A stretch of 64,000 nt of DNA, taken from positions 3,472,001-3,536,000 of the forward strand of contig BQFW01000002.1 of assembly GCA_020891255.1 (NCBI GenBank), read 5' to 3'. The translations under genes and the position numbers were made by a program. This document shows, in pieces, positions 32,775 to 46,904 of the stretch (position 1 is the stretch's first letter; each line of letters begins with the position of its first letter). The notes beneath the pieces were generated by a model. The model saw nothing but the letters and a program-made list of their open reading frames with translations. It had not been told where the DNA came from and did not search any database. This DNA comes from Entomortierella parvispora E1425 (taxonomy: Eukaryota; Fungi; Mortierellomycota).

Positions 32775-33980
32775 ATGTTCTCCACCAAATCTTCCCTGAT
32801 GATGGCCATCTTGGCCGTGTTCGTTTGCGTGTCCTCGACCGTCCAGGCCGCAGACCTCTACAGCCCCGGAAACCCCCTGAACTGCACTGCCTGGACCCAG
32901 AACTGCCAGACGCTTAGTGATTCCATCTACGGCAACGGAAAGAAGTATTTTTTTTTTTTTTTTTTTTCATGTTCTCTTTTGGGTGAATGCCGTCCGTTTG
33001 GTCAATCGTGTCTCATTCATACGGAGATGAGACTCGGACTCTAGAGATGAGCTGGAGATTGACTGACCCATTCTTTCATTCCTTTTTTCGTTCGCGTCTT
33101 TAGCGCCAGCTACACCTCGATCTCGGCTACTTGCACTAATGAGACGACCCTGTCCGGTGGTATGTAGTGAATGAGTGAATCCATTGCAAGTTTGAAAGAC
33201 AGGCACGATGGGTGTGTTTTTGCGTGACACACGAGTCAAGGAGAAAGTGTGGAGAACCAGGAACAGGAACGACACTGCCCTGCAATTGGCTTGTTTGGCA
33301 GGGGACAAAAGAGCAAGGACGTTCTCTTCAGAGGGCACAGGCGTTTGCTCCGATGACGAGGAAACACGACAGAAAGAAGAAGATCAATCCTCCTCCTCCC
33401 CGCCTCTTCTCTCCTCCTCTCCTCCCCTTTGTTCCGATGTGGAGAAGCGAAACAGCGCTTGGACTCCGTCTTGTTCTCGCCTTGTTCCGTGGGCTGCAGA
33501 CTGCCAGCTCGCGCACATGCAAACTTCTGGCCTTTTTTTTTTTTTTTTTTTTTTTTGTGGCAGACAACTACTTCTCTCATTCTCATCATACAAACGCATG
33601 TTCCCCTCCACTTTCTAGCTATGGACCTTTGCAACGACAAGGTCACTTGCCTTGCCACCTTCATGCTCATGTCCAATGCCGTGGTCATGGCCGCTGAACC
33701 CAGTGCCAGTGCTGCCCCCACCGCCGCCTCCTCCGCCGCTGCCGCCACCACCTCTGGCGCCTCCAGCTCTGCTCCCGCTGCCACCGGCACCACTCCCTCG
33801 GGTCCCGCTCCCACCGGTCCCGTTTACAGCGTCGGATCCGTCAATCTGACCTCTCAGCTTTTGGCCATGTACGACACCTCAAAGTGTGGCAAGTCGGCCG
33901 CTGCTGCCAAGATGGTCACCTCTGCTGCTGCTGCCGCCCTCGTCGCCTCGGTCATCACCCTGATGACCTACGCTCTTTAA
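32775..33980 (+). CDS. Small secreted, probably GPI-anchored Cys-containing Ser/Thr/Ala-rich surface protein
   Basis: Signal peptide MFSTKSSLMMAILAVFVCVSSTVQA. Proposed exons 32775-32944, 33104-33159, 33619-33980 (phases fit). S/T/A/P linker and hydrophobic C-terminal tail (AAAAALVASVITLMTYAL). Confidence 0.72.
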
Positions 33981-34307
33981 GAGCGAAAAGACAAAAAAGA
34001 TCTTTTTTGCATTGGTTTGCTTTTTCCCTTCTCTCTTCTTTTTCTCGGCTCCTTTCCTCCATCCTTCACCCTACATCTTGTAATTGTCGAGAAATAAAAG
34101 AAAATGGAAAAAAGGGGGGAAAAAATGCATTGGCACAGATGCCTTTCTGTCTGCAACGGGGGCTAAGAAGAGTTCTCCTCAACTTGATCTTCATGGATAC
34201 AAAATGAGCATGCTGGTGTACGATGAAAAACTAGGTATTTATATATGCAAAGTGGAAGGAGGAAGGTAAAAATTGATCTCAGAAAAAAATACAGATGGGG
34301 AGTGCTT

Positions 34308-36303
34308 CTATCCGTGGATCCACCAGCGACCCTTTGACCTCCAGTACTTCAAGTAAAAGACGGCAAAACTCGAGAGGGTCATGCTGGAGCCGGAGAAGAT
34401 GACGACATAGATGTAATTGGTATTGGGTTCGGTAATATCCAGCAACACACCCGAGACGGGGGAACCGATCAAGTATCCGAGTCCGATACTGCCATACAAC
34501 AATCCCGTCACGGTCGTCAATCGATCCAGACCATAGATGTCGGCAATGACCGAGGGGATGACAGAGTAATAACCACCACATGTAAAACCGTAAACGATGG
34601 CAAAGACTGTGAGGACCTGAATGGAAGTCGCCACGGACCAGATGCACAGGATCGAAAGACCGCTCACGAGAGCGCAACAGAAGAGCATGTTGATCCGTCC
34701 CACACGGTCCGTGATGAAGCCGAGGGAGAGACGTCCGACCAAAGAGGCGCCGTTCAAGATTCCGATCAAGATGGCACCTGTCGAAGCTGACTGGTTGCGG
34801 AAGACAGCAAAGGCTAAGGGGGGAAAATGATGATGGAGGCCATTAGAACAAACATTCGAGTTCAAAATGACTGAAAGGATGCTTCCACAAGACAGAAAAT
34901 GACTTACTGGACAAGAAAAAGAAGGGAATCATGTATCCAAGGGACGTCAAAAAGTTGGCGATGGCCAGGGTCACGAAGGGAGTTTCTTTGCAGATGGTCA
35001 GATCCAAAGGAATCTTCTTCTTTTGACCCTTGACCTGCTTGACCCTTGTCTTGAGCATCATGCCCGATCCACCGATACCAACCAAGCACAAAATGCCCTG
35101 AATCCTCAGCGTCCAGTGGATACCGACCTTGGTGATCAAGAACTCGGTCAATGGTCCCAGGACCAATCCTCCAAAGCCTGAACCGCAGACCACAACGCCA
35201 ATCACGATCGAACGGTACCTCTCGAACCAATGAGCAGGGCAAGAAATGGCAGGCAGGTATACCAGACTGGATCCAATTCCCAAAAGGACGCCCTGGCAGA
35301 TGTAAAGGACCGACAAAGACTTTGCAAAACTAGCGCCAATCAGTCCCACACCCATGAACACCGCTCCCAGCATGGTCGAGGCTCTGTATCCCGCAATATC
35401 GGCAAATCGGCCCGAGAACACGCCCAGCAGATAGGTGAAGGTTGTGGCCAAGGTACCGATCATGGCAACTTGCTGAGGAGCGGCATGTCGAAGCCAGTCC
35501 TCGGCTGAAGGAGAAGAGTAGTATTCCTGATAGACTCCAAAAGTGTGTTCCGTACCAAAGACGATGGCGTAGATCAAGAAGGAGCAGACGACGATGACAT
35601 AGCCGTACCAGGATTTGTCCATAGGTGGTGTGTTGGGGTCCTCGAAGGAATCATTGTTGACCATATCATCCGGCATCGAGAATGGAGGCATGGAAGCGTC
35701 AGGGTTCAAAGGGTCCTCCACAACGGCAGAGCCAACTGCAACAGCACTGTTGTTGTTGTTACTGTGGCTGTAATGGTTGCCATCGTCCGCATTACTGTTG
35801 TTGTTCATGACTGCTCCGCCGTGGATCGAGTCCACCTCCGCCTTTTCCTTCTCATAGCTGAGTCGGGCTAGATGTCGCCTCATGGCCGAGCTGTTGGAGG
35901 TCATGTTGGAATGAATAGAGGAAGCAATCGATGACCTCCTGTCCGCGTTTGGCAATTGAGTGATGGCCAGCATGGGGTCCGAGAAGGCCAGGCGAAGACT
36001 GGACGCTGCTAGTTCATCCTGCTGGTGACCTGTGTCATGGGAATCAACGGCACGGCGTTGGTGTGGCTGAAGACACTCTCGATCTTCCTCATCAAAGGAG
36101 TCCATAGAATCCCGCGAGGCGTGGTTCTTGTCCTGGGTATAGTAAGGGTCCGAAGACTTCTCGTCCTCAGACCTTGTGGTGTCGACTGCAGGTTCTTGCC
36201 GCGACTGGAAAAAGACGGTATCAGGGGTATCGGCCGTTGCGGCAGGGGTGGCGCCAGGGGTGGCATCCGTGGTGATGATCTTTGGGAGATTGTTGTCCGC
36301 CAT
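34308..36303 (-). CDS. MFS transporter, monocarboxylate porter (MCT/Mch-like)
   Basis: Exons 36303-34908 and 34813-34308 (GTAAGT...TTAG intron, phase 1). Twelve TM-like segments, with motifs GRFADIAGYR, WFERYRSIVIG, GFITDRVGR and YGPxIAGxL-like IGSPVSGVLLD. Long disordered N-terminus. Confidence 0.9.
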
Positions 36304-36969
36304 TGTTGCTTGAAGGGCGGAAGAGGGTTTGCTGCAAGAAAAGGTACTAAGGACTTTCGGGGCTGTAGGAAGTTGTTTGTTGCGCTTAGTTCCAACTAAA
36401 GCAGACTAGAGGGTCCAAGGCGAAACAGGGTCCAGCAATGGTCTCGATTCAGTCGCGATCTGTTTTGTTGCCCTTTTTTTAGCGCGTAGGAGTGGCGGTG
36501 GCGGTGTTTTCACTTTTTTTCTTCCCTTGAAAGAGGGTGAGGGTCCGCGTCGAGTTCTTGAGTGTCGAAGGATGAGTTTGCGTTGTTGTCCGAGAAAGTA
36601 AGAAGAGAGAAGAAAGAAGTGAGAGCGAAGTCTTTTATACGAGGACAGAGAGACGGAAAGGCGGATCTTTTGACTTTTTTTTTTTTTTTTTTTCACTCAG
36701 CTCGGCGCTCGTTTGTTTTTTTTTCTTTTTTTTCTGTGTGGCATGGGACTCACCTTGTCCTCTGGGGGCGAGGCACGGCCGATCCTTGAACAAGAGTCCC
36801 TGTTCCCTGTTCCGTGGTCACTGCTCACGTTGGTCTGTTGCTTCGCATCTACCCTTTGGGGATTGCAAAATATTCTTCCGTGCACAACCACCACCGCGAA
36901 CACCATCTAACATCAACAAAGGAGAAAAAACGCACACCACTTCCCCCGAGTCGCGTCCTCTGTTCGCAC

Positions 36970-37005
<36 letters not shown>

Positions 37006-39181
37006 GAGCCGCAGGCAAGACATCTATCCGCCTTGAACATTGAGCCAGGACAGCAGGCTGCTATTGTGGTAGGATCAATTGAATTGTCGTGCATGGGCGC
37101 AACTTTTGTTGTTGTTGACAGATTGTCAGACACCAACCAAAATCGAGGTCGATCGAGTGGTGCGAACCCAGAGAGGGTTCTTTGTTTCTGCGGCACCTAC
37201 CCTTGAGGTACATACACATACACACACACTTTAGGAGGATCACAGTTGCAGGGATATTTTTTTTTTTTCGAATGGAAGATCCTTTTTAATTTTTTTTATC
37301 TCTCCGATGGCCATTGGAGCGGGTGCATCTGAACTTTGTTCGCTGACTCTTATTTTTCCCCTTTGCCCCCTTGGAGGGAGGGAGAGGAAAAAAAAAAGAG
37401 GGTCTAGCAGACTAGGAAAACAAAATCCCCAATCCAACGACTAACAATAGCCAGTGGTCGTCAGCACATGGCGACCATGTTTTCCCTTTTGTTGATGTTG
37501 GCTGGTTTGGCTCTCAAGTCTCAACGACAACAAAACTCTCATTCCTCACTCCTCACGGTCTCTGTTGGGTGGTCAATTGATCAGTAGCACTGTATACACA
37601 AAATAAACAAAAAGCAAAAAAATAAAAACGCGGCATCTTACCAGTATAAGGTAACCCGCTCCTGAGTTCAAAAAGGATTCCCTTATACCGGGGGGAATCA
37701 CTTCAGAAATACTATTCAAAAAAAAAGACGGACTGACATGAAAGAAAACCCTTTTCGCCCTTGTGCCTTCTGACTCTTATTTCCCCTTCACTGCTCCAGA
37801 TTTTTTTTTTTTATTTTTAAAAATCCGAATCAGTGTGAGAGAAACCCGAGTGGGTGGTTGAGGAGAAACATTCAAGAAACTGCAGCCTGTGCATGAGGAC
37901 ACGACCTCCTGACAATAACATTTGTGGTAGATTTATGTAGGAAACTACTAAAAAAAACGCGAGATTTGGCTCTCCCTTTGGGAGGAGAGGAGGTCTAGGA
38001 TTCCCCAACGGCTAGATCCAAAAAAACCACGACAAGTAGATTAAGTAGATTAAGTAGATTATCCATCCCCTTTTCCCTGTATGGAGCAAGCCCTGGACGC
38101 CACTCCATCGCGATTCCCCCCTCAAGCCTCCTCTCAACTTCACTAAGGAAGGACCAATTCTTTTTTTTCCTTATTTAATTGTACTCGCTGTGCTCAGCCT
38201 TATAGCGTGTTGCCCTGTGAGTTGGGGTGCCAGGGCTTCTTGGCAAGCTTGGGATGGGCTTGGAAGTAGGCTTTGGGGGTTGGCTCCTCAGTGAGCTGGG
38301 GAGCTGGGTTTCCACCAGAGCCTGCGACCTTGATGGTAATGGTCTTTCTCAGAACAGCTAGTGCTTATCATTATCGGAGGGGTCGTTGTCGAAGGGCGGT
38401 TCCTGTCCCTCAACAAAGTATCCTGCAAACGCTAAAGTGGTCGTATCAGGACTAGGGGACCTAGACACATCCTCCCCTCTGGACAAACTGTGCGGCTGCA
38501 TTAAATAATTGCACAGGAGCCTTCTTTCGCGCGTGCACATCTCGTTCAAGCATTGGATGCCGACAGAACTGGGGTAATGGCGGTGGGTATGAGGAAGGAA
38601 GAGCGTGACTTTGCATCTGATACAAGATTGGATCGGCCGCCATTGGCTCTTAGGAGATGCAATTTCAGCTCGTGATTTTTTACGGAAAAAAAAAAATCGA
38701 CGCGTTGAAGCCATAGCTTCGCTCGGATTCAATAAAGTCCTCCACCCCTAGCGTGATTGTTATCAGGCATGCGTTCATTCATAAACCATGATCCAGAAGC
38801 TGCCAGAATGATAGCCGCCAATAAAATGGGTTGGAAAAAATAAATGTGGCACCAAAAAGCGGTTCAAAGCGAGGGAGAGATGGTTCGCTGAATGTTGGTG
38901 GGATGGAGGGGCTAGAGGGCAGAGGCTACCGTGGTCTGTGCAACAAATGACACAATGTTGCTGTGCCTTGAAGGGTCTCTCCATCCCTGCCGATATCCTT
39001 GTTCTATTTGCTTCTTTCTTTCAAATCCATCGCCCATACACCTCGGATTTACCACTGCCCATCACCATCCCCGCTGCTTTACCCACCTATTCTCCCTCTT
39101 CTGGTCTCTCTTCACAATTACAGCTGAACCTATCATATACTTCACAGAGTCGTCCCTCACCTTTACACATTCCGCAGAGAA

Positions 39182-41485
39182 ATGTGCGCACACTGCTCAC
39201 GAAACAGTGTACCGATAACATGCACCTTTGCCTATGTTGTCCTAGCCTTCATCGCGCTCTTGTTCTCAGTAATCCCTCTCATAGAGGCATCAGTCATTGG
39301 TGGCCAAGGTAGCGTCAATTGAGAGGCTTGCGAAGAGAAGCAGGGAATGGCTTCCTGCCCAAGTTCAAACTCTCGATCTTTTATTGATACAAACGAGCTC
39401 TTCTTCCTGGTTCCTAGTGACTCCATACACTGGGTCGGTATGCCAAGGATTCATCGATTATGATGTTTGGGTTCCCGAAGGTTCAAACGTGTCTACGGTA
39501 GAAGCTACCGCGGGATTTAAGGCAATCATGACCCTGGTGGATCCCTGTCAATCGGTGTTGTTGTCCTATACATGCTCAATTGCGTTTCCTCGGCCCGTTG
39601 CTGTCCCAGGACAAAGTGAGTATCCTTGAGGTTGTTCCATAGTGTGTATTTGGCTTTAATCCTCGTCCATTCCGAGCCTCCTAATTCCAACATTCACCAT
39701 ATTTTTTAATGATGGTTCCGAACAGACGCCAGCTATAATCTTCTCTTTGCATGCGAATCCACCTGCCTTGCGGCGGTGGATACATGCAAGACCGATGTCC
39801 TCTACCTACAATCGCGGGGCATCCTTCCTTTCACTCAGATGTTGCTCCCCGACTGCTCTGCCACCATCCCAGGCACGGAACAATACCCTGATGGGGCAGT
39901 CGCTTACCAGCCTGACACGTCCTGTAACATCCTTCCGCGTGAGTCCCACCCCTTGGAGTCATTTTTCTCTTTGGACGGATCTCTGTTTGTGGTCCACCGT
40001 AATTTGACCAGCTCGACGAAAATCTTCATCTTACTAAATCTGGACATTCTTTGTTCACCCGCGCTACTTTTTTTTTTCTTTTTTTGACTACTGTAGTCCA
40101 AAGCAGAAACACGACATGCCCCCAGCCCATGTCGAGCTGCCCTCTCCCCTTTGTCGTCGATTCTGTCTTTCAATCCTCAAAGGGATTAAAGAACTCGGAC
40201 GATGCTAATTGCCAATGTGGGTGCTGCCTCCCTTGCCCACAAACAGACTCATTCTACAAGCCTGGGATACTCGACCGCGGATTCTTCATCATGGACATCC
40301 TCAAAAGTCTTTCAGCCTTTCTGGCTTTGGTTGTAGCCGTCTCCTACATGGTCCTGCCGGAAAAACTCCAACACCCAAGCAACCTGATCCTATTTGCAGC
40401 CATCTCCTCCTCTTTGTTCAGTGCCGCCGTGATTCCTTCTTATGGGGATCCGAGAAGGATCCAATGCGCGACTCACCAGGCTAATCCGCTACTGCCCATT
40501 GTCACGGCCACTTCGTACAATAACGCTCTTTGCACCTTCCAGGGTGCCTGGGTGATCTTTGGTTCCATGGCTACAACAGCCTGGCTGTCGCTCGTGATCA
40601 TGAACCTTCATCTTCACACAGTTTGGAACGCGCCTTGGTTTTTGACGCGGCAATGGGTGTTTCATGCCATCGGATGGGGACTTCCTGCCACGCTGACTGT
40701 CATTGCAGTCACTACAAAGTCCATCGGTTGGAACAACTCCAACATGTAAGGAGTTCTTTTTCCACATTGATCCTCTTTTTCCTCCCCTTTTGTTCCCTCG
40801 TGCGGAAATGTAACCTTTTTTGTTTTTTGTTTTTTGTTTTTTGTTTTTGATGTTTGTTTTTCCTAGGTGCATGGCAACGCAGGACACGGCTGAATGGCTT
40901 CTGTTCATCCCCATGGGCGCAGTCATGCTCCCCTCGGTGACGCTCCACGTTGCCACATTTGTATATATCATCCGAGTGACGCTCCAATCCGAGAAGACAG
41001 AGATTGCCAGCAGCTCGACCTTGTCCAGTTACTCGTCCAATCAAGCTGTCAAGGGCGTCAACGAAAGAGGCCATTCTTCCAACTCCCGCAGCTCCCATCG
41101 TCGGCACGTCCTCAACTCGATCCGGATCCAATGGCGCGCCGCTGCCTTGGCGGTCATCTTTTCTGTCTCTGTCCTTGTCTACTGGGCTTTTTATATCGTT
41201 GAAGGGTTGAAGACGGACATGTCCTGGATGTCGACTTGGAAGCTGTGTATAATTACAGGCGGGGGTGATCAAGAACAATGTGGAAACAAATTCGCAAAGG
41301 GCAATGTGCCCGATTTCCCATTGATGATGATGGCAGAGTTCTTGGTCTCAACGACCGGTGTTTGGATCTTTGCCTTGTTTTTTAGACAATCTTTGGTCAA
41401 AGAATGGAAAAAAGTCATGTCAGGCTGGGCCTGCTTCCGGGGTCGAGGTCGAGAGAAAGAGAGTGGTCAGTTTTACGAGTGTTGA
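39182..41485 (+). CDS. Frizzled/Smoothened-like 7TM receptor with N-terminal cysteine-rich domain
   Basis: Reconstructed, phase-consistent exons: 39182-39308, 39418-39615, 39726-39938, 40097-40745, 40867-41485. Signal-like segment AYVVLAFIALLFSVIPLIEA. CRD-like PYTGSVCQGFIDY...CQSVLLSYTCSIAFP...ACESTCLAAVDTC, a CxxPCP linker, then seven hydrophobic helices (TM3 CTFQGAWVIFG, FHAIGWGLPA). Confidence 0.75.
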
Positions 41486-41660
41486 GCCTCCCCCATTCCA
41501 AGAAACACAGGAGAGCTCTCCTTAAGGCAGCAATAAAGCACTACCAATGCCCCAAGAGTTGTGTTCCTACACTTCATGGTTTCTGCATGGAAAAAGGCTG
41601 AGGTTGTCGCCTGTTGCTTTGGGTACTTGGCCACTTTTGTAATATTAAGATTTATAGAAA

Positions 41661-43836
41661 CTACTCTCTGATGATAGCCTGTGGTGCTCCAAGAGCTGCA
41701 CCTTCATCGACCGTACCAAAGCCCTGACCGCCCTGCGGAGCACTTGCCCGTTTGTTTCCGCCTTCGTCTTTCGTGCCATATGAATCGTGGTAGCCGTCTG
41801 CTGAGTAACCATATGGAGTTGTCTGAGGCGCTCCGACCAGCGTAGCAGGTGTACCCTTTTCCTCTGGCCCCGAGGACGAAGTAACGGAGACTGGGGGCGG
41901 CGGATAATAAATCGTTGGGACAGGACCTCCTCCGGCTGTGGAAGGAGGTGATGGATACCCTGGGCCAGCACTTGCTCCATCATACTGACTACCTCCATTG
42001 GACTTGTCCTCTGCATCACAGTAGCCATTGTATCCAACTGTGGGCTCTACTCCTGGTGGCGCGTAATGGCCAGCCGTCATATTAGATGAAGGCTGCTGAT
42101 ATTGGTTCTGGTATTGAAGCTGCTCCTGTTGTTGCTGATATTGCAGCTGTTGATATTGCTGCTGAAGGTCATATTGTTGTTGCTGTGGTTGCTGAGCAGC
42201 ATAGACCAAAGAGGCGTCAAGGATTGGTGGTTGATAGGAATGTGCCGCTGACGTCGCCGTCGATGGTAACACATGGCTGTTTCCAACTCCTCCTCCTCCA
42301 AAACCAGTACCTGTGCCATCTCCACCAGAACCTGGTGCTGCGTACCGACCAAGCTCGCTCTCCTCTTGCTGAGGGACCTTCTGATGACTTGGACTCTTGC
42401 GGCGAATACGTGCAAGAAGATTCCAAGCAATGATGACCAAGATGACAATGGCCGCAGTGCCGATGCCGCCGATAGCACCAGCCGACATGCCTGATGAGCT
42501 CTTGTTACTACCATTCCCACCCGAGTTTCCTCCAGAGATCATTGCACTGGATGGTGTGTAAGAAAGTATCCACTGTAGTTTTTGGAGATCTAAAAGCAAG
42601 AGACACTCCGCTCCAGTAGGAACACCACCATTGGTGTTGGGGTTGGTGTAGAATCCACCCCAGACCATAAAAATATCGTCAACCACAGTGCAGGCCGCGT
42701 TGCCTCGACCTCTTGCTGCATAGGGAACGGTGGTCCATGTCCAGGTGATGGTGTTCAAGACGTACGCATTTGGATCTGCGGCGCCGCTGCCTCCCAAGAA
42801 TCCACCAAAGACGGCGACCAAAGATCCATCCGCGTCTAATCAAAAGATCAAACAGGAGAGTATGTGTTAGCACCAGCAAAAAGTGGGAAGATCGTCTGTT
42901 TAGTTCTACAACGGATCGCTGTGGTGGAGAGGAAAAGAACTTACTGCTCGCTGCGCAGGGGCTGGACCGCGAGTATGAAAAGTTACCTGTCGTGGCCTGA
43001 GAGTAAAACAGCAAGAGAAAAGGTTGAGGCATCAGGGATCAGTTTTCCAGAACCACAAATCAAGTTGATGTAGACGGCTTTGGTTTCCTCATGCACGCCC
43101 TTTTTTTTTATACCTGTGTTGCCCATGCCCCTGTTGAAGGCGTGTAGGTCCAAAGACTAGCCGGGTTGTTTCCACCTCCAATCACCAACATGTTGCTCAA
43201 TCGTGGGATCCACACAGCGCCGTACGTCACCGCGTTCTGCGGTCCTGTTGTCATGGCAGTTTGCGTCAAGCCTTTGGTGGCTGGGTCATAGACATTAAAA
43301 TCGTCCGAAGTCGTTGCCCCTGCTGGTCCTCCATCACCGCCCAGGATATAGATCTTGTCAGCCCCTGGATTTGTCACCACAGTGAAATCCCGTCGTGAAT
43401 TGTCTGTCAGAGATGCAGGATTACTGGCAGGCGCTGACCAGGTTTTGCTTGCAATGTCATAAATGTTCAGCCAAGAGGGTGCTATCTGACTCGCACTCGC
43501 GGCTGTGTCCCGTCCAAAGGTGTAGAGGGTCGAATTGTCAGAAGAGAATCCGGCCGAGTGAAAACCATTGTAAGGTCCTGGGGGCAGACTGGTCCAAGAG
43601 GGATTCGATGTGTTCCAAGGGCTGGAGAGGTCAAGCGACCAAAGAGATTGAACGAGGTTATCGGCATAGAGGGCTCCTCCTTGGATATAAAAGTTGCTGC
43701 CGATTCGAACAAAAGCGGCACCACCAACACTCTGAGGCTGGGATGATTGAGCTTGGGTGGAGCTGACGATGCAAGAAAGGAGGATAACAAAGACGGAGGC
43801 TTTGGACGCCGCTTTTGCCTTTGTGCGCGTTTGCAT
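41661..43836 (-). CDS. Kelch/galactose-oxidase-type beta-propeller single-pass membrane protein
   Basis: Exons 43836-43114, 42996-42945, 42835-41661. Signal peptide, repeated kelch GG...YD/W motifs, TM GAIGGIGTAAIVILVIIAWNLL, and a Gln/Pro/Tyr-rich cytoplasmic tail. Confidence 0.85.
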
Positions 43837-44998
43837 GTTTGTTATTACGGTGTTGCACAGCTGTCTGCGCGGGTTCCTTTTTGTTCGGTAAACGGTGCGT
43901 GAGCGCTGTGTGAAGATTCAAGTTGCCGGAAGAGCGAGAAAGTCAAAGGACAAGATAGAACGATATGCAAGGCGATAAAACAGCAGAGCCAAAAGGAAGA
44001 GGAGATGGTGCAACTCGATGCCGGTAGGTGAAGAGAGCAGTGAAAACAGGGGAGAAGAGTAAAAAAAAAAAAAAAAAAAAAAACAAGGGGTGGAGTGAGC
44101 AGGCAAGCAAAAGCAAGGAAAGGGAAAAAAACAAGATCCGAGGGGTGACATGGCCCTGATATTTATAGGTCCAGGTACTCGTCAGAACGAGCCCAAAGGG
44201 AAACACTGCCCTGGTCGAGTCTGGACCCAGCCACAGGGAAGCAGCGGCAAGTAGGTCCTTTGAGAGAAGGCTTCGCCCACTCAAGCGCGATTCGCGATAT
44301 TCCTGTCGTCAGTCTGGAAATAGAATCAAAGCAGGGCTTAGCAGCTCGCGGACATAGAGTACTTGATGCAGGTGCTGGTCTTATTTTCCCGCTCTTTCGA
44401 AAGGGGCCGTGGCGCCATGGCAATTCCTGCCAACAACGTTGACCTGGACCTACAAATGGACCGAGCTTCTCCAAGGGAGAGAGACTAGTACATGACAAGA
44501 GACATTGGATGTCATTGTTTGTTAACCGCTGCATTCAAGACCTTCCAACTGGGCGTCCGTTGAGCGAGCAGGGACGAAACGAAAGAGAGAGAGAGAGAAA
44601 GAGAGAGAGAGATGAGAGAGAGAGAAGGAAGAAGATGGTAATGACTGTCCATGCTTTCTTCTTTGGCGTAGTTTGGTTCTTTGTACTTCTGTTTACAGTC
44701 TTGCGCAGGGCTGGAGCAGAGAAGAGAGACAACTACCTTTGCGTCACCTTTGCTTTTCCCAAGGGATATCCCAAGGGACATCCATCCCAAGGGACAACTC
44801 AAAGGAACGCGTCCATTTCATCCAGCATAAAACGCCACGCTGTGTGACTTCTTCTCACCTTCCCCCCTCTCACTCCCTCCAGCCAGATCTGCTGTGCTCC
44901 TGCTACAAGATGACGGACCCCCATCAGGATCGCTTCTTTTTTCCATTCTCCATCTCTTCATCCCTACATTCATACATCTCTGCTGCCTCTCATTCTCA

Positions 44999-46904
44999 AT
45001 GTCTTCTGAAAAGCCCGTCGCGTACCAGATCCCCGTCGACCAGATCGACTTTTCGCCCAACATCTCGGACCAGGCCGAGAACTTTTTTCAGACAGATGCA
45101 GACATTGCGCGCATGCAGGCCCGTCAGGGCATGGTCAACTATGACAAGGGACAAGCCATCAAGGTCTCGTCCAAGGTCCTGGATATGTGTCCCGGTCGCA
45201 AGATCCGATCTAACGCAGCTCAGGCCGCTCCTGCAGCTCAGGACCAAGGAGAGGATCTGGACGAGAGAGAGTTCGCTGGATCGGAATCAGGGGAAGCAAC
45301 CTCAGCGCCTACTATCGCCATCAGCGCCGCTGCCACCGCCACAGCCGCGAACCGCTCGGCGGGGACAGGAAGGACCATTGTTGTAGATGACAAGGCTGTT
45401 TTAGGTGCCACGATGTTCCTCGCAGAGAGTGGCCATGTGGCCCGCAAGATCAACCTTGAGGTTTGTATAAATCTCTCTGGAGAGAAAAGCAGTAGAGTCT
45501 GATGCCATCATCGTTTTCGTTAACCTCCAATCGTTCACTCGACATGATTGTAGACTGGAAAGACGATGCGGTTGTTCCATGGACACACAGGACCTGTCAC
45601 CCGTGTAGCAGTATATTACACGCAGTCTGGAGAGGAAAGACTCGTGACTGGATCCTGGGACAAGACCATCAAGATTTGGGATACGCACACAAAGGAATGT
45701 CTGGCCACCTTGAAGGGGCATACAGACTTTGTGAAGGCGATAGTTGTTCGAGCATTGATTGTGAAAAAGACGGACGATAGTGGCAAGGAGATCCAGGTCC
45801 GGCAACACGAACTTTTCTCGGCCTCGTATGATGGCACCATCTTGCACTGGGACCTCGAAACATTTACACCATATCAGGGAGGAAAAGGTGGACCATGGAA
45901 GGGCCACGTCCGAGGAATCAATGATCTCTGTTTGACAGTAGAGGAGGATTCCGAGCGACCCGATGATGCAGAGGGAGACGATCACGGCAAGGAGTATCTT
46001 TACTCTGCTGGCAGTGACGGCACCATCCGCAAGTGGGATATTACAAAGGGACAGGGCCGTGGCGGTCATTGTGTCCATGTGTTCAATCACCACGCTACGA
46101 CAGTCTACAGAGTCATTGTTGAAGCCGTCGAGATTTGGTCAGGTAAACTATGGTGCTTCAGGATGGGAGGACAATTGGACAATCTAGGATGACCAATGAG
46201 CTTTGTCCTCACATTCCCTATGCGTCTTTTCATGTATGATGTAGCATCGGCCGACAAAACCGCACAGAGACTTGACCTGGAGGTAAGAATAGTTCATGTC
46301 GAGTGCCGGGAAATATGCTTGTGTTCACTTCTGACACCTTCCTGTTGCTTTTCATCCCTTGCATTATAGACCAAAAAGGTGGACACCACGTTGATGCACC
46401 CTGATTTCGTTAAATCAATCGCTTTGGCCGGACCCTATATCGTCACAGGTGGACGACAGGAGACCATTCGCGTGTGGTCTGTCGCAGTAAGTTTCATTTC
46501 GTACACAGCCACCATCGACCTTGACCATGGTACAGGAGACTTATCATCATCGTTGCGTCTTTTTTTCATTGCTATAGACGGGTAAACTCATCAAGGAGAT
46601 TACGGGTCATTTCGACGAGGTTTCCAGCATGGTAGCAATTGGTACGACGCTCTTTACAGGGTCTTTGGATAACACGGTCCGTCGGTGGTCATTGAAGGAA
46701 CAGGATTTGGTGACACCGCCCCCACAGGATATTGTGGAGGCTCTTGCGGATAAATCTGCTGTCAACACGCCAACAAATTCCAAGGGCCCAGAGGCGCCAC
46801 TTGTCAACAAAGCCTCTGCTCCAAAGGAAAAGCCTAGTTTGATGACCGAAGAAGAGGAGCGAGAGCTCGCAGAGCTGATGGGAAGCGACTTTGAGGATGA
46901 CTGA
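44999..46904 (+). CDS. WD40-repeat protein
   Basis: Exons 44999-45460, 45554-46142, 46245-46282, 46370-46486, 46578-46904 (phases fit). Repeated GH...S/TGSxDxTIKxWD motifs. Confidence 0.9.

Noticed and set aside
42987-42996. Apparent 10 nt micro-exon in the kelch gene
   Set aside because: Reading through to the GTAAGT donor at 42944 gives a 52 nt exon encoding a kelch-like R..C motif in the correct phase, which is the better model.
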